DNA of 32,000 bases from Patescibacteria group bacterium (GTDB lineage: Bacteria; Patescibacteriota; Minisyncoccia; UBA6257; HR35), in the NCBI GenBank assembly GCA_023480925.1, contig JAMCWY010000022.1:1-32000 (forward strand). Direction: 5' to 3'. Shown here piece after piece: positions 17,947-25,573 of the stretch (the first letter of the stretch is position 1; each line of letters begins with the position of its first letter). The notes below the pieces were generated by a model. The model had not been told where the DNA came from and searched no databases. It saw nothing but the letters and a program-made list of their open reading frames with translations. A program made the translations under genes and the position numbers.

Positions 17947-18112
17947 CGATTAGACTAATTTCTTTAAAAACCAAATTATCAAACTTGCCTTTAAGATAAA
18001 TATTGTCGCCCTTAAATTGGATCTTTAGTTCAAGTTTTGGATATCTTGATTTTATCTCCTCGACGCACCTTAAAATTCTTGGTTTAAAAAAAAATGGTTT
18101 TATTAAAGCCAT
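17897..18112 (-). CDS. Small hypothetical protein coupled to dnaN (possibly a minimal DUF721/DciA-like protein)
   Basis: The 71-aa ORF starts in a TAATG overlap with the dnaN stop (18110-18114). Its 3' end overlaps the convergent PBP gene by 50 nt. Resemblance to DUF721 is limited to position after dnaN and one beta-rich segment (KIQFKGDNIYLKGKFDNLVFKEISLIV). Confidence 0.4.
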   Translation of the reverse strand: MALIKPFFFKPRILRCVEEIKSRYPKLELKIQFKGDNIYLKGKFDNLVFKEISLIVKNYFPESQIFSQLET

Positions 18113-19242
18113 TAAAGCGGCATTAAAACATAAAGAAAATCATCATCGATTGGCGATTTAATCAAGATTGGCTTAGGGCTACCCTGATCGGAAAAATTAA
18201 ACCCGATCAAAACTTTCTCAGTCGAAACCGATTCCAAGCCGTCTCTAAAAAAGTCGACGTTAATTGAGATGTTAAAGTTTTCATTCTCCATTAGTGTGTT
18301 TTCTTTTATCTCCGTCTCGATTAAATTTTTTGACTCGCCCAACAGGTCGTTTTTTGAATAAAGTTCAATTTTTTTTATTTTAGGCGTAATCGTTAATTTT
18401 ATTTCTTTATTTTGATCGACAAAAATTTTATTCAGCTTCAATTTTTCATCAATCTCGTCTCGATTAACCAAACAAATTAATGAAAAAATTTCCGGCAGAA
18501 TCTGTTGATAGTTAGGATACTCGACCGCCGTCACTTTAGTAATTAAACTCTGGTCGCCCAAGTCAAAAACGACCTGATCTTCTTCAAGGCAAATTTTTGT
18601 CTCTCGGGGTTTTTCTTTTACACTTAAATATTCTTGAATAATTTTTTTGGGTATTAATATTTTTTTTGATTTTATGTTTGTTTTAAAAAAACTCGATTTT
18701 AATTTGACCTCAGCCAAACGGATCGTGTCTGTCGTCACTAATTTTAATAAATCGTGTTCCAACCATAAATAAACGCCATCAAATTCAGGTTTAAAAATAT
18801 CGGCGGTTCGAAGAGGCGCCATCACCCTGATCAAAAAATCCGCGAATAAAACAGAATCAATTTCAATAAACTTATCCGAGTTGAAGTTTTGGTTGATGGG
18901 ATAGTCTTCGTGGCTTAAGGTGGGCAAACTTGAAAAACTTTCGCGACCTTTTATGATAATAGTGCTGTTATTAACTTCCAATTCAACCTCTTCTTCAAAA
19001 AAATTACTAATAATCGCGAAAAATTGTTTGGCCGGAATTAAAACTTCGCCGGTTTTAACCACATCAGCTTTTAATTTGGCTTGATAGGAAATTTCAAGAT
19101 CAGTCGCGTTAATTTGGATTGTATTATTTTCCGCTTTTAAGCGAAAGAAATTAAGTATTTCCAAGTCGCCCTTTTTTCCAGTGATACGATTGACGATTTC
19201 AATCAAATTTTTTAATTTGTTCTTATTAACTTTTAGATTCAT
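18112..19242 (-). CDS. dnaN: DNA polymerase III beta sliding clamp
   Basis: The 376-aa ORF has a typical DnaN N-terminus (..L...I..V.R....K..L.IL..F.L.A....I.I.ATDLEIS). It has three-domain length and sits directly downstream of dnaA. Confidence 0.93.
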   Translation of the reverse strand: MNLKVNKNKLKNLIEIVNRITGKKGDLEILNFFRLKAENNTIQINATDLEISYQAKLKADVVKTGEVLIPAKQFFAIISNFFEEEVELEVNNSTIIIKGRESFSSLPTLSHEDYPINQNFNSDKFIEIDSVLFADFLIRVMAPLRTADIFKPEFDGVYLWLEHDLLKLVTTDTIRLAEVKLKSSFFKTNIKSKKILIPKKIIQEYLSVKEKPRETKICLEEDQVVFDLGDQSLITKVTAVEYPNYQQILPEIFSLICLVNRDEIDEKLKLNKIFVDQNKEIKLTITPKIKKIELYSKNDLLGESKNLIETEIKENTLMENENFNISINVDFFRDGLESVSTEKVLIGFNFSDQGSPKPILIKSPIDDDFLYVLMPL

Positions 19243-19386
19243 TTATTATTTAATAATACTTTATTAATATAAATAATAATTATAGACGCTGTGAATATGG
19301 GGATAATATTAAAACTATTTAAATGTTAGTTAAATTTATTTTTTAGTTTTTAAAACATCTATAAATCGGGTTGATAAGGTGTTTAA
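19243..19386. other. Candidate oriC segment (dnaA-dnaN spacer: AT-rich stretch plus degenerate DnaA boxes)
   Basis: The 144-nt spacer has a nearly pure A/T stretch at 19243-19284. Box-like 9-mers are TGTGAATAT (19290-19298, 2 mismatches to TGTGGATAA), TGGGGATAA (19298-19306, 1 mismatch) and GGTTGATAA (19369-19377, 2 mismatches). No perfect box is seen. Confidence 0.3.
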
Positions 19387-20757
19387 TTATAATTCTAAAA
19401 TCTTTGTCCTCAAGATTTCCACTTCTTGGCTAAGTTCGATATTGGTGTTAAGTTCTTTAACGATTTTTTCGCAAGAATAAATAATTGTGGTGTGATCGCG
19501 ATTACTTAAAACTTCGCCGATCGAAACGTAAGACATCTTGCCCAGGTCGCGCAAAAGGTACATAACAACCTGGCGAGGTTTAATAATATTAACCTTTCTT
19601 GATTTCTTCAACATGTCTGTTTCTTGAATATTGTAAAAATCGGAGACGATCTTGATAATCTTTTGCGGAGTAATTTTTCGATAAAGTTGCGTCAGATAAT
19701 CCTTTAAAATCTCGTTGATTCGTTCTTCGGTGATTGTTTCAATTTTTTTCTCTTTAATAACATAAACGACTAAATTTAACGCTCCTTCCAGTTCTCTGAT
19801 ATTCCGATTTATTTTTTTCGCGATTAGTTCAAGTATCTCGTTGTCCAAAAGAAAGCCCTTTTCTTGGCACTTTATTTTGAGAATAGCCAATCTTGTTTCA
19901 AGGTCGGGCGTGGTGATGTCTATAATTAGGCCGCCTTCAAATCGGGATCGAAGCCTTTGTTCGATGTCGGGGATTAAGGCCGGCGGCCGATCAGAAGAGA
20001 AGACAATTTGTTTCGAGGCGTTGTAGATGAAATTAAAGGTATGAAAAAGTTCTTCTTGTGACTTGGTTTTGCCTGAAAAAAACTGGGTGTCGTCAACGAT
20101 TAAAAAATCAAGGCCTCGAAATTTCAACTTAAACTCGTCAATCGAGTTGTTTTTAAGCGAATCAATTAGTTCGTTCGTGAACTGTTCGCTTGTGATATAT
20201 TTAACCTTTTTGTCTTTGTGGTTTTTTAAAATTTCATTGCCGATTGATTGAAGCAAATGAGTTTTACCCAAACCCACTCCGCCATAGATAAAGAGAGGAT
20301 TAACTTTGGCCGAGGAGTCGTTGACAATGCCTTGGGCGGCGGCAAAGGCCAATTCATTATTCCCGCCCACGACGAAATTATCAAAGCGATAACGATGATT
20401 AAGATTGGTTGAAGGATCAGCCTCAAAGAGGCTGGTTTTTTTGTAATAACTAAAAGTTTTTTGGGATTGGCTAATTTTGGTCGTGGTTTTAAGCCGTTCC
20501 TCGATTAAAACATAATCGATTTTTTCCAACTCGGGGATAAAACTTTTGGCCGCCTTTAAAAGAGTGTAATGAAGTTTTTGCTCAACCCAAAACTTAACCA
20601 TCTTATTGGGTACGTTTAACTTTAAAACACCGTCGCTAAAGCTAACCGGTCGAATTTCACTGAACCAAGTTTTAATTGTTGGCCGGCTCGTCTGTCCCCC
20701 TAGTTCATTAATCGTCTTGTTCCAAATTTCATTTAAACTTGCTTCGGTTATGTCCAT
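19387..20757 (-). CDS. dnaA: Chromosomal replication initiator DnaA
   Basis: The 456-aa ORF has AAA+ Walker A GGVGLGKTHLLQSIGNE and Walker B LIVDDTQF. A sensor/box VII region is present. The domain IV HTH is present (..KPRQVVMYLLRDL...SIGEVL.NRDHTTIIYSCEKI). Confidence 0.97.
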   Translation of the reverse strand: MDITEASLNEIWNKTINELGGQTSRPTIKTWFSEIRPVSFSDGVLKLNVPNKMVKFWVEQKLHYTLLKAAKSFIPELEKIDYVLIEERLKTTTKISQSQKTFSYYKKTSLFEADPSTNLNHRYRFDNFVVGGNNELAFAAAQGIVNDSSAKVNPLFIYGGVGLGKTHLLQSIGNEILKNHKDKKVKYITSEQFTNELIDSLKNNSIDEFKLKFRGLDFLIVDDTQFFSGKTKSQEELFHTFNFIYNASKQIVFSSDRPPALIPDIEQRLRSRFEGGLIIDITTPDLETRLAILKIKCQEKGFLLDNEILELIAKKINRNIRELEGALNLVVYVIKEKKIETITEERINEILKDYLTQLYRKITPQKIIKIVSDFYNIQETDMLKKSRKVNIIKPRQVVMYLLRDLGKMSYVSIGEVLSNRDHTTIIYSCEKIVKELNTNIELSQEVEILRTKILEL

Positions 20758-20833
20758 GCTAAAATTTTATTACATTTTATTATATAATATCAATAAGGTT
20801 AAAAATTAAAATAATCGATCGGATAAATTTAAA

Positions 20834-20950
20834 ATGACCAAAAAGAAAAGAAAAAGAAAGGTTGGTTTTCTGGTTCGATCAAGGAAAAAGAACGGTCGAA
20901 ATATCTTAAAATCAAGGCGTCAAAAAAAGAGAAAAAAGATTAGTTCGTGA
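20834..20950 (+). CDS. rpmH: 50S ribosomal protein L34
   Basis: This ORF is not in the ORF track because it is only 38 aa. Hand translation gives MTKKKRKRKVGFLVRSRKKNGRNILKSRRQKKRKKISS. This matches the L34 pattern KRKR..GFR.R...K.GR.IL..RR.KGRK.L. It is divergent from dnaA, and its stop overlaps the rnpA start (GTGA). Confidence 0.85.
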   Translation: MTKKKRKRKVGFLVRSRKKNGRNILKSRRQKKRKKISS

Positions 20951-21276
20951 TGTTGGCGAGAAAATTTTGTCTCAGCCGCTCGGACCGGCTTAAGTTTGAT
21001 CGCGGCTCGGAATCAGATCGAGGTAATTTTTTTAAAATTTACAGCCGCGCCAATAGTTTAAACCACGCTCGCTTCGCCGTTCAAATCAAAAAAAACCTAA
21101 TTAAAAAATCAGTTGATCGGAATAAGCTCAAAAGAAAAATTAAACAAATTTTGGAATTAGGAATTAAAAAAAACACCATTACTTCAAACCGCGACTATCT
21201 TATTTTGGCGAAAAATAACCCGATCGGATTAAGTTTCAGCCAACTCAAAGAAATTTTTACCAATGAACTTTTTTAA
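20947..21276 (+). CDS. rnpA: Ribonuclease P protein component
   Basis: The 109-aa basic protein has the RNR motif region (KKSVDRNKLKRKIKQIL). It holds the conserved rpmH-rnpA-yidC position. The start is GTG 20947 or ATG 20950. Confidence 0.85.
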   Translation: MMLARKFCLSRSDRLKFDRGSESDRGNFFKIYSRANSLNHARFAVQIKKNLIKKSVDRNKLKRKIKQILELGIKKNTITSNRDYLILAKNNPIGLSFSQLKEIFTNELF

Positions 21277-21910
21277 TCTGGTTTTAATCAACCCGCTCTT
21301 GAATTTACTTTTAAATATTTTTTCCTTGACTCATGATTTTGGTTGGGCGATAATTTTGACCACGGTTCTTTTAAAATTTTTTTTGCTGCCGTTCGCTTAT
21401 TTGGCCCATCGCGAAGAAGGCCGAGTTAGGCAGGTCAGCCAAAGAGTCAACCGCGAAACAAAGGGAATAAAAGATATGATTGAAAAATCAAAAATCATTC
21501 AAAATGTTTACGCGGAAGAAAAATTTAATCCGATGAAAAATTTTGGCGTCCAAATAATCCAGCTGCCGATTTTTATCGGGTTTATCGCCGCGCTCAACCG
21601 GGCGAAATTAATAATTGCCAATCCGTTTTTCCTTGGTCTGATCGATTTGCGTCTAGTTAATTTTTATTTGGCCCTGCTTGCTTTTTTGCTTCAATTTCTT
21701 CTGATTTTTAGCCAACCGGCCGAGGGTCGCAAAATTGCTTTTATTGTTTTGTTTTTTATTGGTTTGATTCTTTTCCGTCTGCCGGCGATATTCACCGTTT
21801 ACTGGCTGGCCCTTTCAATTTTTATTCTCTTAGAGCGAAAAATTTTTCATTGGCATGAAGTAAAGTTTGCGGTCAAGCCGGTTAGTGAAAAAGAGGCCAG
21901 CCTGAGTTAG
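21263..21910 (+). CDS. yidC: YidC/Oxa1-family membrane insertase (short form)
   Basis: The 215-aa ORF has the N-terminal pattern ..FGWAIILTTVLLKFFLLPF.., followed by an amphipathic charged hairpin and further TM helices. It follows rnpA with a 14-nt overlap. Confidence 0.88.
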   Translation: MNFFNLVLINPLLNLLLNIFSLTHDFGWAIILTTVLLKFFLLPFAYLAHREEGRVRQVSQRVNRETKGIKDMIEKSKIIQNVYAEEKFNPMKNFGVQIIQLPIFIGFIAALNRAKLIIANPFFLGLIDLRLVNFYLALLAFLLQFLLIFSQPAEGRKIAFIVLFFIGLILFRLPAIFTVYWLALSIFILLERKIFHWHEVKFAVKPVSEKEASLS

Positions 21911-22981
21911 CTGCGGCTTGAGGACATCATAATTACCGTTTAAATCAATGGTTTTTTCCTTATTGTCATTTGGGTTGTAAATAAAGATCTTGTCGGTAAA
22001 AGACTTTTTTAATTGAAGCCAGTTCTCGGGTAGGCCGGTTAGGTTTTGGTTGGTTGGGACGCCACAAACAAGATACTGCTCAAACGAACACTTGGAGTCG
22101 GCGAAGGTGCCGAAGTTGAAAGCTTTTTGAATCTTGCCACCAAAATCAATTAGATTAGAGATCCAACTTGATTGGCTGAAATAACTAATAAAAATTAAAT
22201 TGGAATTTTTTTGGCCGATCGCGGTTAAGCCCGGTTCGGCTTGAAAAATTTCTTTAATTAGAGATTGACTGGGGTCATAGAGGAACAGAGGCGAGGCCCG
22301 GCCAGTTTGAGGCTTGTCGTAAAAAATGACCTCTTGGCCGTCGGGACTAAAGAATTCAGGTTCAAGTAAGGAAAAGTTAAAAAGTTTTTTTTCAACGCCT
22401 TGGCGGTTAAGCTCGGCGATATAATTGATATTACCTTCATTGGAAACGTAATAAAGGGGAAGATTACCGATCCAGCCGGCCGCTCGGGTCAATAAATTGA
22501 GTTTAGTTAGGTTGTCGGCGGTGATATCCAAAACGAAGTAATGGTCAATGACGCCGCGGCTACTTTTGATTAGTAAGCTTTGTTTGTCCGGCGACAGACT
22601 TAGAAAACTAATATTGGGATCATCGTAAAGTTGCTGGAAGGTTTTATGTTCAAGATCAAAAGCGGTGACGGTTTTCGATTGATAATCGTAGGCGTAAATT
22701 TTTGGATAGTCAATTTTGGCAAAACCAAGAGGTTCTTGAAAAACTGGTCCAATCGCGCCGACCGCCGGCGCGGTCGTGGCATTAATTGTGTTTATTGGGG
22801 TTGATTTAAAGTTTGGCCCTAGTTCGTTGTTGGAAATCTTATAGACTTTTTGACCAGTGCCATTGATTTGATAAGATGTTTGAATCGGCGGTTTTTTTAT
22901 TATCTCTTCAACCATTAAAAAAGTAAAAGTGATCAAAATAATCGCGCCGAAGACAATAAAGACGTTCTTGATTTTTCTCAT
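21830..22981 (-). CDS. Membrane-anchored PD40/TolB-like beta-propeller repeat protein (last gene of T4SS-like operon)
   Basis: The 383-aa ORF has an N-terminal anchor (VFIVFGAIILITFTFLMV). PD40-like repeat signatures are present (LSLSPDKQSLLI; FFSPDGQEVIFYD..SPLFLYD). Its start overlaps the upstream ORF's stop (ATGA 22978-22981). Confidence 0.6.
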   Translation of the reverse strand: MRKIKNVFIVFGAIILITFTFLMVEEIIKKPPIQTSYQINGTGQKVYKISNNELGPNFKSTPINTINATTAPAVGAIGPVFQEPLGFAKIDYPKIYAYDYQSKTVTAFDLEHKTFQQLYDDPNISFLSLSPDKQSLLIKSSRGVIDHYFVLDITADNLTKLNLLTRAAGWIGNLPLYYVSNEGNINYIAELNRQGVEKKLFNFSLLEPEFFSPDGQEVIFYDKPQTGRASPLFLYDPSQSLIKEIFQAEPGLTAIGQKNSNLIFISYFSQSSWISNLIDFGGKIQKAFNFGTFADSKCSFEQYLVCGVPTNQNLTGLPENWLQLKKSFTDKIFIYNPNDNKEKTIDLNGNYDVLKPQLTQAGLFFTNRLDRKLYFMPMKNFSL

Positions 22982-23310
22982 CGTTGTTTTGAATTATAAA
23001 AATAAATCGAGCCAAAAATAAGACCAATCACAACTAGGCCGACAATAAATTCAATTATAAGGTTAATAAAAATTTTTTTCCCGCCGACGCGGTTTTGATT
23101 TTGGTCGGGTTGACGGGAGGACGAAGAATTTTGATTGGCGGTTACGACTTGGCCCGAAGGCAGAAGCAGGGGTTTGATCGCGGCCGAGCTTGAGCCGGTT
23201 CGAGGCGTGGCCGGCTTGACTAAGTTTTGGCCAAAAGAAAATTTTACTGGGTTGGTCAAAACTAAGAAAATTATCAGGCCGACTAAAAATAAAAATTTAT
23301 TTTTTGGCAT
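22978..23310 (-). CDS. Small bitopic protein (N-terminal signal/anchor, Ser/Gln-rich linker, C-terminal TM helix)
   Basis: The 110-aa ORF lies 9 nt downstream of the pilin-3D gene and overlaps the next gene by ATGA. No family is recognised. Confidence 0.5.
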   Translation of the reverse strand: MPKNKFLFLVGLIIFLVLTNPVKFSFGQNLVKPATPRTGSSSAAIKPLLLPSGQVVTANQNSSSSRQPDQNQNRVGGKKIFINLIIEFIVGLVVIGLIFGSIYFYNSKQR

Positions 23311-23319
23311 TATTTTTTA

Positions 23320-24342
23320 CTAATTACAATTGTTCATTGTTTGGTCATAAGTTGAGTATGTCGTCACTACAACCGCGGCCGTGTTAATGGCGGCGTACTG
23401 TCTAAACGCGTCTTTGCCAACGCCAACATAAAGATCAATATGATTACCGTTAATGCCGCCACCTCGGTCTGTGCCGCAAAACACGCCGTATCTTTGGTTG
23501 TTTATATACATAACGACTTTTGAGGGTAACCACTCGGTTGGCACAGCCACAGTTTTGCCGGAGATAAGGACGTGGCCTTCGGCGTCAAGTGGTTGAGAAA
23601 TTTCTTGAAAACTAGAGTTGATATAACGGCCTTGTTTGCCTTGACAAATAAGGCCGTTGCCTTGGTCGCAATAGCCGGTGCCTTGCATCTGGACGTCTGC
23701 TTTAAAAGAGTTTTCGCTTTGAGCCTGACTTTCGAGAGGAACATAATAACGGGTGACTTGAACTGGAATGCGTTGGCCGGTGTTTGGCGAACTAGCTTGG
23801 CCACTAGTAACAGGGGCGTTGGCGGCGAAACTGTTTTTGCCCGTGACAAATGTTTGACCGTCAACGGTAACGAAGCCGGGTATATCGATATTTTGGACTC
23901 GGTAAAGAAGAAGATCGGCGTTAAAAATTTGAGGGTTGATCCAATAGAGAACCGAGCCGCTGAGAAAAATTACGATTAAACCAAAGACGGCGTTCTTGAT
24001 TTTTTCCTTGCCGGCGGCCTTTAGGTTGACGGTTGAACTAAGCATGTATTCAAACGCGCCAACGATGACAAAGATAAAGGCGAGAGCGACAGCGATAACG
24101 GCGATCAGGTTGTAAACCGCTTGGAGGCAGCCCTGAAGACTAAAGGGATTATTGTTGGTTTGGTTTGAAATTGGGCATTCGGTTTGGAAATAACTGAACG
24201 GCGAAGCGAGATTGTTAAGGGGGGCGGCGAAAGAAATTATCGGTAAAGTCAAAATAAAAATTAAAACAAGGATCAAGTTAAGATTGCCCAGCCGGAATTT
24301 TTTATTAAAGTTTTTTCCCGAATAAAATTTTTTTAAACTCAT
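23320..24342 (-). CDS. Fusion protein: T4SS-pilin-like (VirB2-like) TM hairpin plus C-terminal 3D/MltA-like cell-wall lytic domain
   Basis: The 340-aa ORF has a signal/anchor. A two-helix module follows (AVYNLIAVIAVALAFIFVIVGAFEYMLSS..KAAGKEKIKNAVFGLIVIFLSGSVLYWINP), typical of small T4SS pilin-like proteins. The C-terminus carries a 3D-domain-like signature (..VTRYYVP..MQGTG..GKTVAVP...GVFCGTDRGGGINGNHIDLYVG). Confidence 0.7.
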   Translation of the reverse strand: MSLKKFYSGKNFNKKFRLGNLNLILVLIFILTLPIISFAAPLNNLASPFSYFQTECPISNQTNNNPFSLQGCLQAVYNLIAVIAVALAFIFVIVGAFEYMLSSTVNLKAAGKEKIKNAVFGLIVIFLSGSVLYWINPQIFNADLLLYRVQNIDIPGFVTVDGQTFVTGKNSFAANAPVTSGQASSPNTGQRIPVQVTRYYVPLESQAQSENSFKADVQMQGTGYCDQGNGLICQGKQGRYINSSFQEISQPLDAEGHVLISGKTVAVPTEWLPSKVVMYINNQRYGVFCGTDRGGGINGNHIDLYVGVGKDAFRQYAAINTAAVVVTTYSTYDQTMNNCN

Positions 24343-25031
24343 TAAATCGTTAATTTGGTCGAGGCGCTTTGGTTTGGTTGATTTTGATTTTGGATAATCA
24401 ACTCAAGCTCGTTTTGAGCGCCTAAGCCCATATCGGGATTTAATTGGATTGACCAAGCGTTTGAAAAAATTCTGTTATTTTCTGCCCAGAAATAATCCAG
24501 CAAAGGCGAAGAAAAATTAAAAGCCAGGCCGGTTAAGTTGTCATTTGATTGAAGCTGACGCGCGGGCAGATAAAAGTTAGAGCCGGGTTCGAACTTAACG
24601 ATCGTAACGCTTGGTTGGGGGACGTTAATGTCAATCGGTTCGGTTAAAGTTAATTTGAAATCTTTTGAGACAAGTTTGACCGCACCAGTGATAACGCTAA
24701 TATTGGCGTCGCCTAGGGGCAGCCTTAAAAATGGCAAAGTAGTTTGTTCACTGAGCGCGAGATTCGTTTGAGCATTCCAGGTGTAGTTAAAATCTTGGGC
24801 GGAGTAGATTCGGCCGCCTTGACTGATTTGAACCTCAGCTCCAAGAATAATCGAGTCGCCAACTTTTTTACTTGAGAGATAAAAATAATTTTGGTTCGAT
24901 TGGGCTTGGCTAAAATTAATATCAATAAGACCAAGAATGCAGATAAGTCCAAGCACCAAGACTAATTTTCGCGGGTTAAATTTTGAAATCATTTTTAATC
25001 GAGTTGTTTTTAATTTTTGATCTTTAATCAT
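24342..25031 (-). CDS. Secreted or membrane-anchored beta-rich protein of unknown function (candidate VirB8/PrgL-position protein)
   Basis: The ORF track gives 24342-25175, but that N-terminal extension overlaps the upstream gene by 152 nt. The Met at 25031 (MIKDQKLK..) lies in an ATGATTAA overlap with the upstream stop. It precedes an anchor (LVLVLGLICILGLIDINFSQA), and Met 24992 is an alternative start. The stop overlaps the next start (TAATG). Confidence 0.6.
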   Translation of the reverse strand: MIKDQKLKTTRLKMISKFNPRKLVLVLGLICILGLIDINFSQAQSNQNYFYLSSKKVGDSIILGAEVQISQGGRIYSAQDFNYTWNAQTNLALSEQTTLPFLRLPLGDANISVITGAVKLVSKDFKLTLTEPIDINVPQPSVTIVKFEPGSNFYLPARQLQSNDNLTGLAFNFSSPLLDYFWAENNRIFSNAWSIQLNPDMGLGAQNELELIIQNQNQPNQSASTKLTI

Positions 25032-25572
25032 CGCTGATAGTCGGGCCGGCGATTTCTTGGCTTGGTCTAGAAATGACTTCGCCATTATCCTGGCCGGTTG
25101 TTTCAAAATGAGAAGCGATTTTTGGCCAAAGAAAAAATAAAAATATAACACTGATCGTTTCAAGGGGGAGAACACTTACGATTGTGCCGATGATTGGCAA
25201 TTCATCGGCGACAACCTCGCCGCCCGTGACGAGTCGGGTGATAATCGAAATATTCCGGCGGGCTCGATTAAGTTGGCTCTTGCCGCCGCTGAATTCGGGT
25301 CGGTAACTTAAATAAAGAAACAGGCCGAAATAAATTAAACGGAAAACTCCCAAGATTAATCTGATAATCCAGCCAACCAGACCTCCCGTGGGAATGTCAA
25401 GGATGTCGGCGATAATGTCGACTAAGTCAAGCCAAATCGCCAAACCCAAAAGAGAAAAAAGCAAAAAGTAAGTCGGGCCGCTTCGGCTGTCCCCCGGCTC
25501 GGCCTGGCTGGAATCGTTCAAGTCGGTTGGGCCGGTTATTTTTTGTGTTTCCGGTTCGGAAATTATTTCCAT
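25024..25572 (-). CDS. Polytopic membrane protein of unknown function in T4SS-like operon
   Basis: The 182-aa ORF has an acidic N-terminus followed by about 4 hydrophobic helices. It starts 1 nt after the VirB4 stop. No family is recognised. Confidence 0.6.
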   Translation of the reverse strand: MEIISEPETQKITGPTDLNDSSQAEPGDSRSGPTYFLLFSLLGLAIWLDLVDIIADILDIPTGGLVGWIIRLILGVFRLIYFGLFLYLSYRPEFSGGKSQLNRARRNISIITRLVTGGEVVADELPIIGTIVSVLPLETISVIFLFFLWPKIASHFETTGQDNGEVISRPSQEIAGPTISDD

Positions 25573-25573
25573 T

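Noticed and set aside
24992-25175. Long N-terminal extension of ORF 24342-25175
   Set aside because: The extension overlaps the upstream gene by 152 nt and reads as low-complexity sequence (FYFFFGQKSLL). An internal Met at 25031 sits in a typical stop/start overlap and directly precedes a signal or anchor helix, so I annotated the shorter form.
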